Positions 54,401-64,000 of a stretch of DNA of 64,000 nucleotides are shown piece by piece. Made by a program: the position numbers and the translations under genes. Source of the DNA: a virus (taxonomy: Duplodnaviria; Caudoviricetes). The notes beneath the pieces were generated by a model. The model was given only the letters and a program-made list of their open reading frames with translations, was not told the DNA's origin and made no database searches. The stretch spans positions 64,847-128,846 of the IMG/VR virus record IMGVR_UViG_3300044842_000325. One strand, given 5' to 3'. Positions within the stretch are counted from its first letter, which is position 1; each line of letters starts with the position of its first letter.

Positions 54401-55892
54401 TCTCCGGCGGGATCGTGATGAATTGCTCCACCGTCGATTGACCGTCCGGGGCCTTCATGGTCTTGTACGCTGTCGCCACTTTCTCGTAGTTGCGATACTG
54501 CGCTGCACTGATCGAACCACTGGCCAAATTGGCTTTGGCGATCTTGATCAACGCCTCGTCATGGGGCAAACGCTTGAGCGGCGGAATCTCGGCTTCGACC
54601 GGTTGCGGAGTGTCGATGGCGAGTTTACGCTTTTCCAGCGTGCTCTGGACCACACCGGCATCGTCTGACGGCGCCGGTGTCAGCACCTTTTCCATCTCAG
54701 CGATTTCCGCATTGATGGCTTCGTCGAGTTTTTCGTCGACCTTGACGGTATCGGCGGTGTCGTCGGGCTTGTCATCGATGGGACTACCCAGTTCCGCTTT
54801 GAGCGTGCTGGTTGGCACCTTAGCCATGCCCGTGGTCGGATCGATCACAGCGGGTCCCGAGCCGACCTTGGTCACGGTTGCCAGTTCCTTCTTGAGATCT
54901 TCCCGATCATCAGCATCGAACACCTGTTTCTCAGCAGCGTCAATGCTGACCGTCGGGGCAGCCGAACGCAGCTGCGTGATCATCATGAAGAAATGCAGGA
55001 TGCGATTCTGGAAACGCGGCGGGTCGATTAGGTTGGCTTTGACTTCTTCGTTCTCGAACAGTTCGTCTTGGGTGGGTTTGCGCCACGAGTCGAGCATGCC
55101 GAGGTTGATCGTGGTCCATTGACCCGATTCGAAGAACACGAGGTTCACACGGGACAAATCCTTACGCGCCACTTTACCCAGCATCGAGTTGCGGCGGTTA
55201 GCGCCGAACCACTTCCACACCTCTCCCAAAAACAGATGCTCGTTCGAGTAGAAGGTATGCATCAGGCGCTGGACGGGTTTACGCGGGTCCATCGCCTCGT
55301 ATTGCAACAGCATCGAGCGGGCCGGCAGAACTTGTGGCATGCGCATGACGATGAACTGCTGACGATCGCTTACCGCAGCCAGACGCGCGACTTCCGTCCA
55401 CAGTGTTTCTTCGATGTTGTACCATTCGAGGTACTGGTTCATCGGACCACGTGGATAGCGCACCAGATGTGGCAGCAGCCCGTAGTTGACCACCAGCAGG
55501 CTGTTTTCGTCCGCGAGGACTTTATCGTCAGTCGCGTTGCGGAAACGACGATAGTGTTGGTGATATTGGCGAATCACCGTAGCGGCTTGCACCGCTTGTT
55601 TGATGGGCGCACCCAAGATACCCGGAGCCATCTGGGTGATATGGTGTACCCAGATGTTGCGCGCTTGGGCTTTCTGCAAGACCTTGTCATCTTTCATGAT
55701 GGCAGCGGAAAAGCCTTGCAACACCACATCACTGTCCGAAGGACCATACGCCGTCGGGCTCAGGTGCGCCATGTGCACAATCGAACGGCGCGGCAACTGG
55801 AACCGCTCCAGATGACCGAAGTGCGGCGTCTGAAGCTGATCGACGCGGCGCAGGCCGTATGTGCGGTAGAAGACATTAAAATCGAGTAGCAT
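51453..55892 (-). CDS. Virion RNA polymerase beta subunit (phiKZ gp178-like)
   Basis: 1479 aa; motifs DDPKRANF, RTGYE, EDSS and GDKGVFANQMKTV. Confidence 0.92.
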   Translation of the reverse strand: MLLDFNVFYRTYGLRRVDQLQTPHFGHLERFQLPRRSIVHMAHLSPTAYGPSDSDVVLQGFSAAIMKDDKVLQKAQARNIWVHHITQMAPGILGAPIKQAVQAATVIRQYHQHYRRFRNATDDKVLADENSLLVVNYGLLPHLVRYPRGPMNQYLEWYNIEETLWTEVARLAAVSDRQQFIVMRMPQVLPARSMLLQYEAMDPRKPVQRLMHTFYSNEHLFLGEVWKWFGANRRNSMLGKVARKDLSRVNLVFFESGQWTTINLGMLDSWRKPTQDELFENEEVKANLIDPPRFQNRILHFFMMITQLRSAAPTVSIDAAEKQVFDADDREDLKKELATVTKVGSGPAVIDPTTGMAKVPTSTLKAELGSPIDDKPDDTADTVKVDEKLDEAINAEIAEMEKVLTPAPSDDAGVVQSTLEKRKLAIDTPQPVEAEIPPLKRLPHDEALIKIAKANLASGSISAAQYRNYEKVATAYKTMKAPDGQSTVEQFITIPPETLKITESKAIPDIPTVPDKSMLKSSLLDFDRRYIEEVMQRDVASMVMSFAQAGYGVTEYHVEAVHDLMGSYNIYTVRLLPTDGTASTVRFKLPVIDEDGTYTANGVKYSLRKQRIDIPIRKTAPDTVALTSYYGKAFVRRSEKKVNNYAMWMTNGLMAKMLDDADPTITNGHTGDMSDNTVKVPRLYSVIASAFSSFTMTPQAYPRDLGQLTFNMSFDHTKREELFGKEAMAKYEQNGAIIAGKSTMGTHYVLIGKSSTVAIVGPSRMGEPAVYQFNSLEELIGMDRRKAPVDIAVMKLGGAAIPVGVILAYEMGLEPMLALLKSKVRRVPAGTRVDLGLNEEPVVFNDETIVFDKNDRLTGLFLGGFNEYHRHIRRYNVHLFNSKEVYLNVLEADGLGVRYIREMDLFYQMFIDPITHDILVEMNEPTDMRALLVRAGTMLLLDEHGDELDGAYQRLRGYERMAGAVYSEMVQSIRRHNGSAGKSRSPLNMDPYAVFTAVQTDASKAQVNEINPIQNLKEQEAVTYNGTGGRNSRTMTKETRTYHKNDMGLISTDTVDSSDVAINTYTSADPQFTSLRGVTRRYNKEEMGTAPLLSTAVLLAPGSDRDDPKRANFVGIQHSHSVACNGYHQLPVRTGYEQVIAHRTGDMFAVSAKQDGKVVSVSPTGVVVQYADGKKKGYEIGRRFGNAAGLTIPHMVLANVKPGQDFKAGHILTYNDGFFEPDLLNPDNVVWKAGLLVKTVLMEVPETLEDSSMISTRLAEKLVTKVAKYSDIVVTFDQSISQLVKTGQAVGSEDILCIIEDAVTSQANLFNADSLNTLKLLSNYAPQAKVKGIVERVEVYYHGDKEDMSDSLRKIADAADKELAARLASTNKRVLTGSVDEAFRVDGEPLQFEHMCIRVYITSDVGMGEGDKGVFANQMKTVVGKKSTAEYKTESGEMIDAVFGSTSIDNRIVISPYVIGMYSVLSYLTTQEAIAAYES

Positions 55893-55897
55893 TCTTG

Positions 55898-57517
55898 TTA
55901 ATCCCCGGTGAGGTTATGGAGCACCAGGTCCACAGTGTGAACAGCTGTACTGGAAATGAAACGACCGTCGGTGCCGACGTAGGCGCGACGTTTGGTGAAA
56001 TACTCTTGGATCTCCTGAAGCGCTTCATCCGAATACAGGATGTTGCAGTTCATCATGTCGCCGTCGAAGTCACCGCCCAGTTTCGCCAGACGGGTGGGGT
56101 GCGGGGACATCGACTTCATATAAGGTCCGGGAATCGGGAACTCCAGCGCGATATGTTTATCGTCCATCGGTTCCCAGTTACGGTCCAGTTCACGCCGCCG
56201 TTCCGCAACCGTAGTGGTACGTACGTACAAGTGCGTCGGGTAGATCGACCCCACACCCGTTACTGGGTAACGGGTCACTGTCGCTGGATAATTATTCCAC
56301 ACACGGTAGCCCGACAAATAAATCAGTTCGCAGAACGTGAGCGGATAGACGTCTTCACGCTTACGGTCTGCGGGCAATTCATCGATGTCGTTGAAAATCT
56401 TGAACGTACCGTCCGGACCTTTGTACACCAGACCCAGATAGTGACCATCGATCTCCAGCGGTTGGTCACGCAGTGACTCTTCCCGGAACGAGTTAATGAC
56501 TTTCTCCAACCCCTCGTTGGTCTGGAAGCGATCGTAGTATTCCGGCTTCATCGGCATTTCAACGCGCTTGAACGACTTCTTGTCGACAAGCTGCATGGGT
56601 TGGCTGACATCTGCAAACACTTGCTTGAGCCAGCCGTGTTTGAGCTGGTACAGCGCAACCGGCAACAACCCCTTAATGAGCTGGAACAGGCCGACCGCGG
56701 TATCGTTAAATCCGACCGAACCCGGTTCACCCAGATATTGGGTATCCACCGGCAGCGCTGTAATCACGTTACCAGTGCCGTTCATGACGCGTCGGCTCGC
56801 CCACTTACCTTGAATCAGTTTGCTCTTGCCGTAGATCAGCCGCTCGAACAGTTCGTAGATTTGAACGAACGTGGTTTGCAGCTTGAAGCGAGCCCGGTCA
56901 ATGAGTTCCGGATTGGAGCGAATGGCGATGTCCGACAACGTATTGGCCACCGCCAGCAGTTGTCGGTACATGGGGTTGATTTCGTCTTCCCGTGGCCGAC
57001 CATCAGCGCCGATTTCCACATCGCGCAGACCCGCGGGCAACACCAGCACTTTACTGGTCATTGCCACGGCTTTGTACTTCTCGATCAAACGGATGGTCAG
57101 GTCGCGTTTGTCGGAGTTGGTGCGACTGAAATCGATCTTATCCCAATACTGGGTAAAGTAATGGTAACCCGTTTCACCGTTGATGGCGTCCGAGCGTTCG
57201 AAGTCTTTCTTCTCGGGATTCCAGATGGCGTACTCGTTACCGGACATAATGCCGCCGTACAGGCGCTTGAGCTGCACGAGCGCCCCGTAGATGATCGGGT
57301 GGAAGATCCCAACTTTGACGTCGATGTAAGCATAGCGCCGCAGTCGCACATCGTCCCCGACACGGCCGAAGATACGTGTGGAAAACAAGCCTTCCGGATG
57401 GAAGTTATTGGTGATGCCGTCATACATCGCCAGCGAGGTGATCGGGAACAATCCCGCCAGTTTCGCCGGGGTTAAAGCGAGAATGCTTACGTTGAATGGA
57501 ACGAGTGACCGTTGCAT
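55898..57517 (-). CDS. Virion RNA polymerase beta' subunit, catalytic (phiKZ gp180-like)
   Basis: Catalytic GGDFDGD; GLFSTRIFG; TRYPV. Confidence 0.92.
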   Translation of the reverse strand: MQRSLVPFNVSILALTPAKLAGLFPITSLAMYDGITNNFHPEGLFSTRIFGRVGDDVRLRRYAYIDVKVGIFHPIIYGALVQLKRLYGGIMSGNEYAIWNPEKKDFERSDAINGETGYHYFTQYWDKIDFSRTNSDKRDLTIRLIEKYKAVAMTSKVLVLPAGLRDVEIGADGRPREDEINPMYRQLLAVANTLSDIAIRSNPELIDRARFKLQTTFVQIYELFERLIYGKSKLIQGKWASRRVMNGTGNVITALPVDTQYLGEPGSVGFNDTAVGLFQLIKGLLPVALYQLKHGWLKQVFADVSQPMQLVDKKSFKRVEMPMKPEYYDRFQTNEGLEKVINSFREESLRDQPLEIDGHYLGLVYKGPDGTFKIFNDIDELPADRKREDVYPLTFCELIYLSGYRVWNNYPATVTRYPVTGVGSIYPTHLYVRTTTVAERRRELDRNWEPMDDKHIALEFPIPGPYMKSMSPHPTRLAKLGGDFDGDMMNCNILYSDEALQEIQEYFTKRRAYVGTDGRFISSTAVHTVDLVLHNLTGD

Positions 57518-57587
57518 GATGGTCCTTTGGAAACTAAAACTATGACGCCTCGGGTAGAGGATAGACTATATACAGGAGTAAGACGGA

Positions 57588-60500
57588 ATGGCCAAGCAAT
57601 CGAAAAACGAACCGCTGAACCTTGACGCCTATGACTTCGGGGATGAATTTGATTTTGACGAATTCAGTTTGGAACCGAAGCCAGTCAAAACCAAGCGAGA
57701 AGCCATTGAACGTATCGGAGAAGGAGCATGGGAAGGCGCCAAGGACGCCGTGAAAAGCCCCTCGTTCTTCCGCGAATTTATCAAGCGGGCGCTGCCGCGT
57801 GGCTATGGCGACATGGTGGATTTTGCCGACCAAGGAGCGTCGTCCGTCCGTGAGCTATACAATGAAGGCTTGAAGGAAACCAAGCCTTTGATGAAAGATG
57901 TCGGTCGCGTGATCGACAAAATGATGCCGGCGGCCAGTAAGTATCTGCCGGGTCCGGCTGAGAAACTGCTGAAGAATTTCGCTGACGATGTACGTGATAA
58001 GCCCCAAGTCGGGATTGGCGCTAATGCTGCCACCGATCTGGCGGTCACCGCCATGTTGGCCGACACGTTCCGTTATAACGTCAAAGAAGACACCCGGCGT
58101 GAAGCCAAGAACGATGCGCGCGAGACGTTGCGTGACGCCGTGCAGAACGATCGTTTCAATGCCAACCATGAACAACTGGACGGTATTCGTCGTTCTGTAG
58201 TATCGATGGCGGCATACCAACGTCGTGTTCAGTTCGGTTACCACAAGAAGTCGCTGGAGCTGCAAGCCCGTCAATACTTCGTGGCGGTGGATTCGCTTAA
58301 CGAGATGAAGCGTGCGAATCTGCGCACCAGTGAGATGCTCTCGGGCATTCTGCACAACACCTCGCTGCCGGATCTCATCAAGATGAAGACCAGCGAGAAG
58401 TTCAAAGACATGCTGCGCAACAAGCTGATGGCTGGCTTGCAAGACGGTATCTTTGGACAACGCAACAACTTCGTGCAAAACCTCGGTCGGGCATTCCGGG
58501 AGCAAGCACTGGGTAGCCTGCGTGAATTTGCCGGTGGTCTGCAAGACGGGATCACGGGTGCCGAGATGGCACATGACTCCGCCCAGATGGCCCAAGAAAT
58601 GGGCATGGACAAGTTCCGCATGGGTGGTAATGTGCTCGGTGGTGAAATCACCAAGTGGGCTGGTAAACTGGCCGCGACCAAGGTCGGTAAGCGGATCGTG
58701 GGTTCCACCAGCCGCCACGCGCAAAGCATCCGCCGGTTCGGCAATCGCTTACAGTACGGTGTGGAAAACGCTCCGCAGATCGCTACGGACTTTTCTAATA
58801 GTGCCACTGATGCTACCACCGCTGCCGAGCAATTCTTGGAAGAGCGTTTTGGTGAGCGTCTATCGGACGGCAAGCGTCGCTTCCTCTCCAGCATCTTTGG
58901 CGCCATTGGTGACCCGTTGATGGATCTGGCCAAAGGTACGATCCGTCGCGCTAACTCGACCACCACCCAAGTGAAGGAAACTGGCATCGGTGATCTGTAC
59001 CAACCGACTGCGTTCAGCAACCAAGCGCATAAATCGATCGTTGAAGTGATTCCTGGCCTGCTGGCGCGACAGCTTCAAGAACTACAAATTGCACGCACCG
59101 GTAATACCAACATCGATCTGATTCAATACGACTATACTCGCGGTACCTTCTCTAACACCAAAGCCGTGCGCCAATCGGCCTTCAATCGCTTGTTCGACGA
59201 ACAATCGCGTAGTGGTGTCAAGAACGAGCGCGAGCGTCTGCTCGAACTGGTTGACCCGCGTGGCGAACTCAGTGCAGAACAACGCAATGAGTTGGCCGAC
59301 ATCTTGATGAAAGACAATTTGCGTGGTCGTGCTGGGTATGAGGCTGGGCGGATCAGTAACTACACCCACGCTTACAACTTCGGTGAGTCGCGTCACGCTG
59401 AAATATTCGCGAAGCAGTTCCAAGCGCTGGCCGAGAAAGACAAGACCACGGAAGGCAATACCAATATCGAGTTTGCCGCTCGGTTCCGTAATGTCGGCCG
59501 GTCGGCTGCGGATCGCCGCGAAGAGATTCAGCGTCTGCTGGATGTGTACCCGCGCGATATGCTGGAAGACATGGGGTTGATTAAGCCGGGTTCGAGTGAA
59601 ATCGACATGGCCAAAGTCAATGCGTATTTCTCCGGCGCCCAGTACCAAGCCAAAGGTGTGATGGGTATGCCGGGCGGCAGCCGCCGTCGGATTCGCCAAG
59701 GTGCCGGGATGCCGCCGCCCACGTTACCTTCGACTTCGGATGTTCTCCCGACCAACAGTCTCATCGATGAAATCAAGCGTCTGATCGAAATCACCGAACT
59801 GCAAAACAGCAAACCGCTGGTGTCCGATATCAAAGACATTTTGCTGACCATGCAAACGCAGCTGCGTGAGCAGGGTGGAGAGGCAGGTCCGTCCGCCTTT
59901 GATCGTGCAATCGATGGAGCTTCCAGTGCAGCGCAGGCTACGGTTCGTGGTGCCCGTCGGATGCGTCGTCGGGCTTCGACTGCGGGTCGTCGGTTCTTGA
60001 ATGAGAATCAGGCACGCATCGACGCCGCACGTCAACGGGCTGAAGAACTTCGCCAATCGGCGATGCAACAAGCCCGCCGCGCTCAACGCCGCGCAGCTGT
60101 GCAAGCCGGTCGTCTGCGTCAACGTTTCCAACCCCAGATCGATGCTGCACAAAACCGTCTGAATAACACCCAGACGAAACTGCGTGACATGTGGGAGCAC
60201 CGTGACGAAGGTGTAGCAATGCTGGGCGGTATGCTGCGTCAGCGTTGGGATCAATTGCGGGGGCGTGCAAGTGAGGCGTACGACCATTTGCATAGCGATG
60301 AATTCCGTGATCAAGTCCGTAATGCCCGCGAGCGCATGCGTGGCGGTGTGAATGATGCTGCCGCACGTGCCCGTGGTGTGGGTGAACAGATGTATCGTAA
60401 CATTCAGTCGGGTACGGCCGCACTCGGCCGTTCGGCTGAACGTGCTCAAAACCGCGACGTGTTCACCGAGATCAAGGATATTCTCACCGCGATTCGTGAT

Positions 60501-63500
60501 CGGTTGGAAGATGGCATTATCACTACAGGCGGTGTGCCGCCGGAAGGCATGTTGCGCCGGATGACGGGTGGTGCGCGGCGCGGGATCTCGCGTCTGAACA
60601 TGCGCATCTCGGATCTGGTCAAAGGTGGTTTCGGGTTGGTCTCGGGAACCGCTCGTTTGGGTGGGCGGGTAGTCAACGGTCTGGTGGGCGGTAGCGCCCG
60701 ACTGGGTTGGAACATCTTTAAAGGTTCGGCTGGTTTGGCAGGGGATGCGGTGGGTTACGCAGTCTCGACCCAGTACCGCCGCGCCCGCGGCTTTGTCGAT
60801 ATCTACGTCGGTAACGAACGCAAACCGCGTCTGTACGGCCGGATGTTGCAAGAAGGGAATGTCTACTTTGATAAAGAGTCGGGCAAACCCATCCGTCGCC
60901 TGAAAGACATTACGGGTGATGTAGTCCGTAAAACCGAAGCAGGCGAAGAACTTGTCTTGTCAGCGGATGAGATCGAACACGCATGGCAGAAAGTTGGTCC
61001 GGTCAAGAAGACTCTGAAAGCCCTCGGCGTCACCGTCAAAGGTGCCTATGGGATTGGTAAGAAGATCTTCGGTGCTGTGGCCGGCGGTATTCCGCCAGTG
61101 TTTCGGGCGGCATGGTGGGCGGCCAAGAAAGCATGGAGCTTGCTCGACATGGCGCAAGACATCTTTGTTAAAGACCGGCTGGATGAACCCGCCATGACTG
61201 CTAAACTCATGCGCGCTGGTTCGTACTACTCGGCCAGCTCTGGCAAAGTCATCAAGCGTCCTTCCCACATCGACGGCGTGGTGTTGATTGATGGGGCGAG
61301 CGGTCCGGAAACGGTACTCACCCATGACGATATCCGTAAAGGGTTGGTGGATAAAAACAACAAACCGATTCGTACTGGTTTGTCGAAATTGTTGCATTTT
61401 GCGTTCGGCAATGTGAAGAAGATCACCAGTCTGGCCATCAAAGCAGGTAAGGTGGCTAACAAAGCGGCAGTGGGTCTGGTTAAGGGTGGTGTCAAGCTCG
61501 GTAACGCCGTTCTGAAAGCCGGGGTGAAAGGCGTCGGCGGCGCATTCGATTTGCTGCGCGGCCGTAACCCATTCGCACAAGGCGTCAGTGCGGAAGCTCT
61601 CGCTAAGACCACGGCGATTCAAGTGGAGCAGAATTCGTACTTGAAAGAGATCCGAGATCTGCTGCGCGATCGCTTGCCGAAACCCAAGGGTCATAGTGAC
61701 CAAGACGTGGATGGAGATGGTATCCGTGACGGCAGTTACGAAGACCAGATGAAACGCAAGGAAGCTGAAGCGAAAGCCAAAGCGGAACAAGCGAATCAAG
61801 ACCCGTCCGCCAAAGGGCCAGGCATTGGTACCCGTATTAAAAATGGTGCCAAGTCGCTGTGGGATCGTCTGCGTGGCAAAAAGGAGGAGGATGACGGTGA
61901 TACGGACATCAACGTTAGTACGGGAAATGCGGGCGATGGCAAGGGTTCGCGTGATGCGCGGCGGGCGCGTCGGATGGCTCGACGCCCTGGAGGCTCCTGG
62001 GCTACGTCCAAAGGTGTCCTCGGCAAAGCCAAGTTCTTGGCGGGTAAAGGCTGGGGCTTCCTTAAAGGCGCTGGCAAAGTCGGTATGGGGTTGCTGGGTC
62101 TGGGTGGACTGGGGTTGGGCGGCGTTGTGGCAGGCGCCGGAAGTGCCATCGCCAGTGGCGCTACCGCAGTCGGCGGAGCCATCGCCGCGGGCGCTTCCGC
62201 CATCGCAGGAGTAATCTCGGCACCGGTCGTCATCGGCGCACTGGCAGTGGCTGCGGTGGGCGCCGGGTTATATTTCGGGTATAAGTATTTGACCCGTAAG
62301 AAGCTCGGTCTGCTCTCGCGCATTCGTTATACCCAGTACGGTTTCTCACCAGCTGACAACGATCACGTGGCCGCGGTGTTTGGGCTGGAAGACAAGCTCA
62401 AAGACGCGATCATCTTCACCAAAGATGGGGCGAAGCTCGACGCTAAGCGCGTGGACCCCATGTCGTTGCCGAAAGACTTCGGAATCGATAAAGATGATCA
62501 AGATGGCATGCAGAACTGGCTCCAGTGGTTTGGGATGCGTTTCAAACCGGTGTTCTTGCTGCACGTGGCCGCGCTCAAGCAAATCGCCAGCGATAAGTGG
62601 CTGAGTGATGTCGACAGTTTGGAACCTGCGACTGCGTTGCAATACATCAATGCGGTGCGTTTCCCTGACGGTCCTTACAACGACGGTACCTCGCCGTTCA
62701 AGGATTTGTCATCGCTCAAGATGGGGCCGGGTGACGTGCGAGCCATCATCGAGTTGGCGGAACGCGAGCTGAAGAAGAAAGCGCCGGGTGCACAGCAAGC
62801 GGGTGTGACCGCGGCAGCAGCCGTGGGAGCAGCGAAAGCAACCGCCACCCCCGTAGCAGGCCCACAGGCGGCAGCAGGTGTCAGCGCGAAAGCCTTGACG
62901 TTGGGGGGCGCAGCATCGTCGGTCCAACCCGCGAAAGGGGCACAAGTCATGGCCAGCGGTTCGGCTGTGGTATTGGAGAGCCTTGGAGTGGATAAACTGG
63001 ACGGTGTCGATGTGGTACGTTTGAAGGCGTACGGTTTGGTGAAGATGGAAATCGATAAGGTGCGCGCGCTGCAAGCCTTGGAGAAGAACTTGGCACCCAA
63101 GCTGTCGTTTGCCAAGAACGTAGCGACCTGGTCGGGTTCGGTGGAACAAGTCGTGCTCGATAGCGGTGCAGCGTTCGGGGTCGATGTCTCGAATGATGCA
63201 ATGGTGGCGAACTGGATCAGCTGGTTCAACCAACGCTTCCTGCCCGTGTTCTTGAACTACGCAAGCCTCATCAAAGCCCAAACGGGTAAAGATGATCCAA
63301 GCGTCGGTAAACCTCTTCTCAAACCACAACAGGCGGTAGACGTAGCGACTGCGTTGTACACCACCAACACCGGTAGTGGCAGTGTCTGGAACGTGAGTGT
63401 ATCGCCCTGGGAAGGGTACGAGCTGAACACCGACGTGCGTTCGACTGATGGCAACATGCAAGGCTTGAAGGATATGGCCAAAGCTGTGGTGTTGGCAGAG

Positions 63501-64000
63501 CCGGGTGGTAAAGGCGCTAACCAACCCACCGCAGGTAAGAGTGCGGCAAACAGCCAAACGCCGACCGTGGCCAAACCGACAGGCTTCTTCGCCGGGATCA
63601 AAAATTGGTGGACGTCGACCAAGGAAACCATCCAAGGTTCACCGAACGCCAAGACTGCGATTCCGACAGCGCAGGTAGGTACCACACCCTACAGCAGCAT
63701 GCCCAGTTCCATGTCGGGTGGTCGTGAGATGGATCACCCGGGCCGCGGCACAGGTGGCGATATCAACGCGATCCCGAAACCGCAAGGTAACAAATCGTGG
63801 AACGCGTTGAAGGATACCATTCTGGCGGCTGCCAAGATGGTGGGCGTAGACGGTAAGCTGTTGGCTGCCATGGCCTCGCTGGAGTCGGGGTTTGACTACA
63901 CCGTGCGTGCAGGTACGTCGTCCGCCACGGGCCTGTTCCAGTTCATTTCCTCGACCTGGGATTGGATGCTCAAGAAGTACGGAGCGAAGTACGGGATTGC
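57588..64000 (+). CDS. Giant tail-associated protein with a lytic transglycosylase domain (phiKZ gp181-like), partial
   Basis: Absent from the ORF track because it has no stop in the window. ATG 57588 after AGGAG (MAKQSKNEPLNLDAYDF). The same frame reads LLAAMASLESGF...SATGLFQFISSTW near the end, with the catalytic Glu at 63882-63884. Divergent from the vRNAP genes. Confidence 0.88.
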   Translation, partial: MAKQSKNEPLNLDAYDFGDEFDFDEFSLEPKPVKTKREAIERIGEGAWEGAKDAVKSPSFFREFIKRALPRGYGDMVDFADQGASSVRELYNEGLKETKPLMKDVGRVIDKMMPAASKYLPGPAEKLLKNFADDVRDKPQVGIGANAATDLAVTAMLADTFRYNVKEDTRREAKNDARETLRDAVQNDRFNANHEQLDGIRRSVVSMAAYQRRVQFGYHKKSLELQARQYFVAVDSLNEMKRANLRTSEMLSGILHNTSLPDLIKMKTSEKFKDMLRNKLMAGLQDGIFGQRNNFVQNLGRAFREQALGSLREFAGGLQDGITGAEMAHDSAQMAQEMGMDKFRMGGNVLGGEITKWAGKLAATKVGKRIVGSTSRHAQSIRRFGNRLQYGVENAPQIATDFSNSATDATTAAEQFLEERFGERLSDGKRRFLSSIFGAIGDPLMDLAKGTIRRANSTTTQVKETGIGDLYQPTAFSNQAHKSIVEVIPGLLARQLQELQIARTGNTNIDLIQYDYTRGTFSNTKAVRQSAFNRLFDEQSRSGVKNERERLLELVDPRGELSAEQRNELADILMKDNLRGRAGYEAGRISNYTHAYNFGESRHAEIFAKQFQALAEKDKTTEGNTNIEFAARFRNVGRSAADRREEIQRLLDVYPRDMLEDMGLIKPGSSEIDMAKVNAYFSGAQYQAKGVMGMPGGSRRRIRQGAGMPPPTLPSTSDVLPTNSLIDEIKRLIEITELQNSKPLVSDIKDILLTMQTQLREQGGEAGPSAFDRAIDGASSAAQATVRGARRMRRRASTAGRRFLNENQARIDAARQRAEELRQSAMQQARRAQRRAAVQAGRLRQRFQPQIDAAQNRLNNTQTKLRDMWEHRDEGVAMLGGMLRQRWDQLRGRASEAYDHLHSDEFRDQVRNARERMRGGVNDAAARARGVGEQMYRNIQSGTAALGRSAERAQNRDVFTEIKDILTAIRDRLEDGIITTGGVPPEGMLRRMTGGARRGISRLNMRISDLVKGGFGLVSGTARLGGRVVNGLVGGSARLGWNIFKGSAGLAGDAVGYAVSTQYRRARGFVDIYVGNERKPRLYGRMLQEGNVYFDKESGKPIRRLKDITGDVVRKTEAGEELVLSADEIEHAWQKVGPVKKTLKALGVTVKGAYGIGKKIFGAVAGGIPPVFRAAWWAAKKAWSLLDMAQDIFVKDRLDEPAMTAKLMRAGSYYSASSGKVIKRPSHIDGVVLIDGASGPETVLTHDDIRKGLVDKNNKPIRTGLSKLLHFAFGNVKKITSLAIKAGKVANKAAVGLVKGGVKLGNAVLKAGVKGVGGAFDLLRGRNPFAQGVSAEALAKTTAIQVEQNSYLKEIRDLLRDRLPKPKGHSDQDVDGDGIRDGSYEDQMKRKEAEAKAKAEQANQDPSAKGPGIGTRIKNGAKSLWDRLRGKKEEDDGDTDINVSTGNAGDGKGSRDARRARRMARRPGGSWATSKGVLGKAKFLAGKGWGFLKGAGKVGMGLLGLGGLGLGGVVAGAGSAIASGATAVGGAIAAGASAIAGVISAPVVIGALAVAAVGAGLYFGYKYLTRKKLGLLSRIRYTQYGFSPADNDHVAAVFGLEDKLKDAIIFTKDGAKLDAKRVDPMSLPKDFGIDKDDQDGMQNWLQWFGMRFKPVFLLHVAALKQIASDKWLSDVDSLEPATALQYINAVRFPDGPYNDGTSPFKDLSSLKMGPGDVRAIIELAERELKKKAPGAQQAGVTAAAAVGAAKATATPVAGPQAAAGVSAKALTLGGAASSVQPAKGAQVMASGSAVVLESLGVDKLDGVDVVRLKAYGLVKMEIDKVRALQALEKNLAPKLSFAKNVATWSGSVEQVVLDSGAAFGVDVSNDAMVANWISWFNQRFLPVFLNYASLIKAQTGKDDPSVGKPLLKPQQAVDVATALYTTNTGSGSVWNVSVSPWEGYELNTDVRSTDGNMQGLKDMAKAVVLAEPGGKGANQPTAGKSAANSQTPTVAKPTGFFAGIKNWWTSTKETIQGSPNAKTAIPTAQVGTTPYSSMPSSMSGGREMDHPGRGTGGDINAIPKPQGNKSWNALKDTILAAAKMVGVDGKLLAAMASLESGFDYTVRAGTSSATGLFQFISSTWDWMLKKYGAKYGI

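Noticed and set aside
5437-57517. Introns, inteins or homing endonucleases in the RNAP, polymerase and terminase genes, as occur in some relatives
   Set aside because: The frames are continuous, with no evident intein or endonuclease motifs.
35301-57517. Adjacency of the terminase/tail block and the protease/vRNAP block as a novel rearrangement
   Set aside because: From memory a similar order occurs in SPN3US-like phages, so it is not treated as new.
57540-63685. Many ORF-track fragments suggesting a fragmented or recoded region
   Set aside because: All are shadows of one plus-strand frame starting at 57588 that was not listed because it has no stop in the window. No alternative genetic code is needed.

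Overview
This window is a 64-kb segment of a phiKZ-like, nucleus-forming jumbo phage (Chimalliviridae-type). Reading left to right, it contains: (1) the phage-nucleus block (partial gp68-like nvRNAP subunit, ChmC-like RNA-binding protein, SbcD-like nuclease, nvRNAP beta' subunit, chimallin ChmA); (2) a family B DNA polymerase, an array of diverged small proteins and the tubulin PhuZ; (3) an accessory early region with an operon of about 10 small membrane proteins and three tandem paralogs; (4) an AT-rich divergent intergenic region; (5) the virion block (terminase, baseplate-region proteins, tail sheath and tube, prohead protease, three virion RNAP subunits and a giant tail lytic-transglycosylase protein running off the right end). 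The least explained features are a set of structured non-coding RNAs (including a tRNA-Leu-like domain whose anticodon arm is replaced by a long hairpin, and a standalone ~300-nt RNA with its own promoter motif and terminator), the early membrane-protein operon whose members share an N-terminal amphipathic motif, and a repeated regulatory grammar (bipartite early promoters, hairpin+TATGCCG elements, a shared translation leader). Gene identities rest on motifs and remembered synteny with phiKZ/SPN3US. No database searches or folding programs were run; RNA pairings were read by eye.
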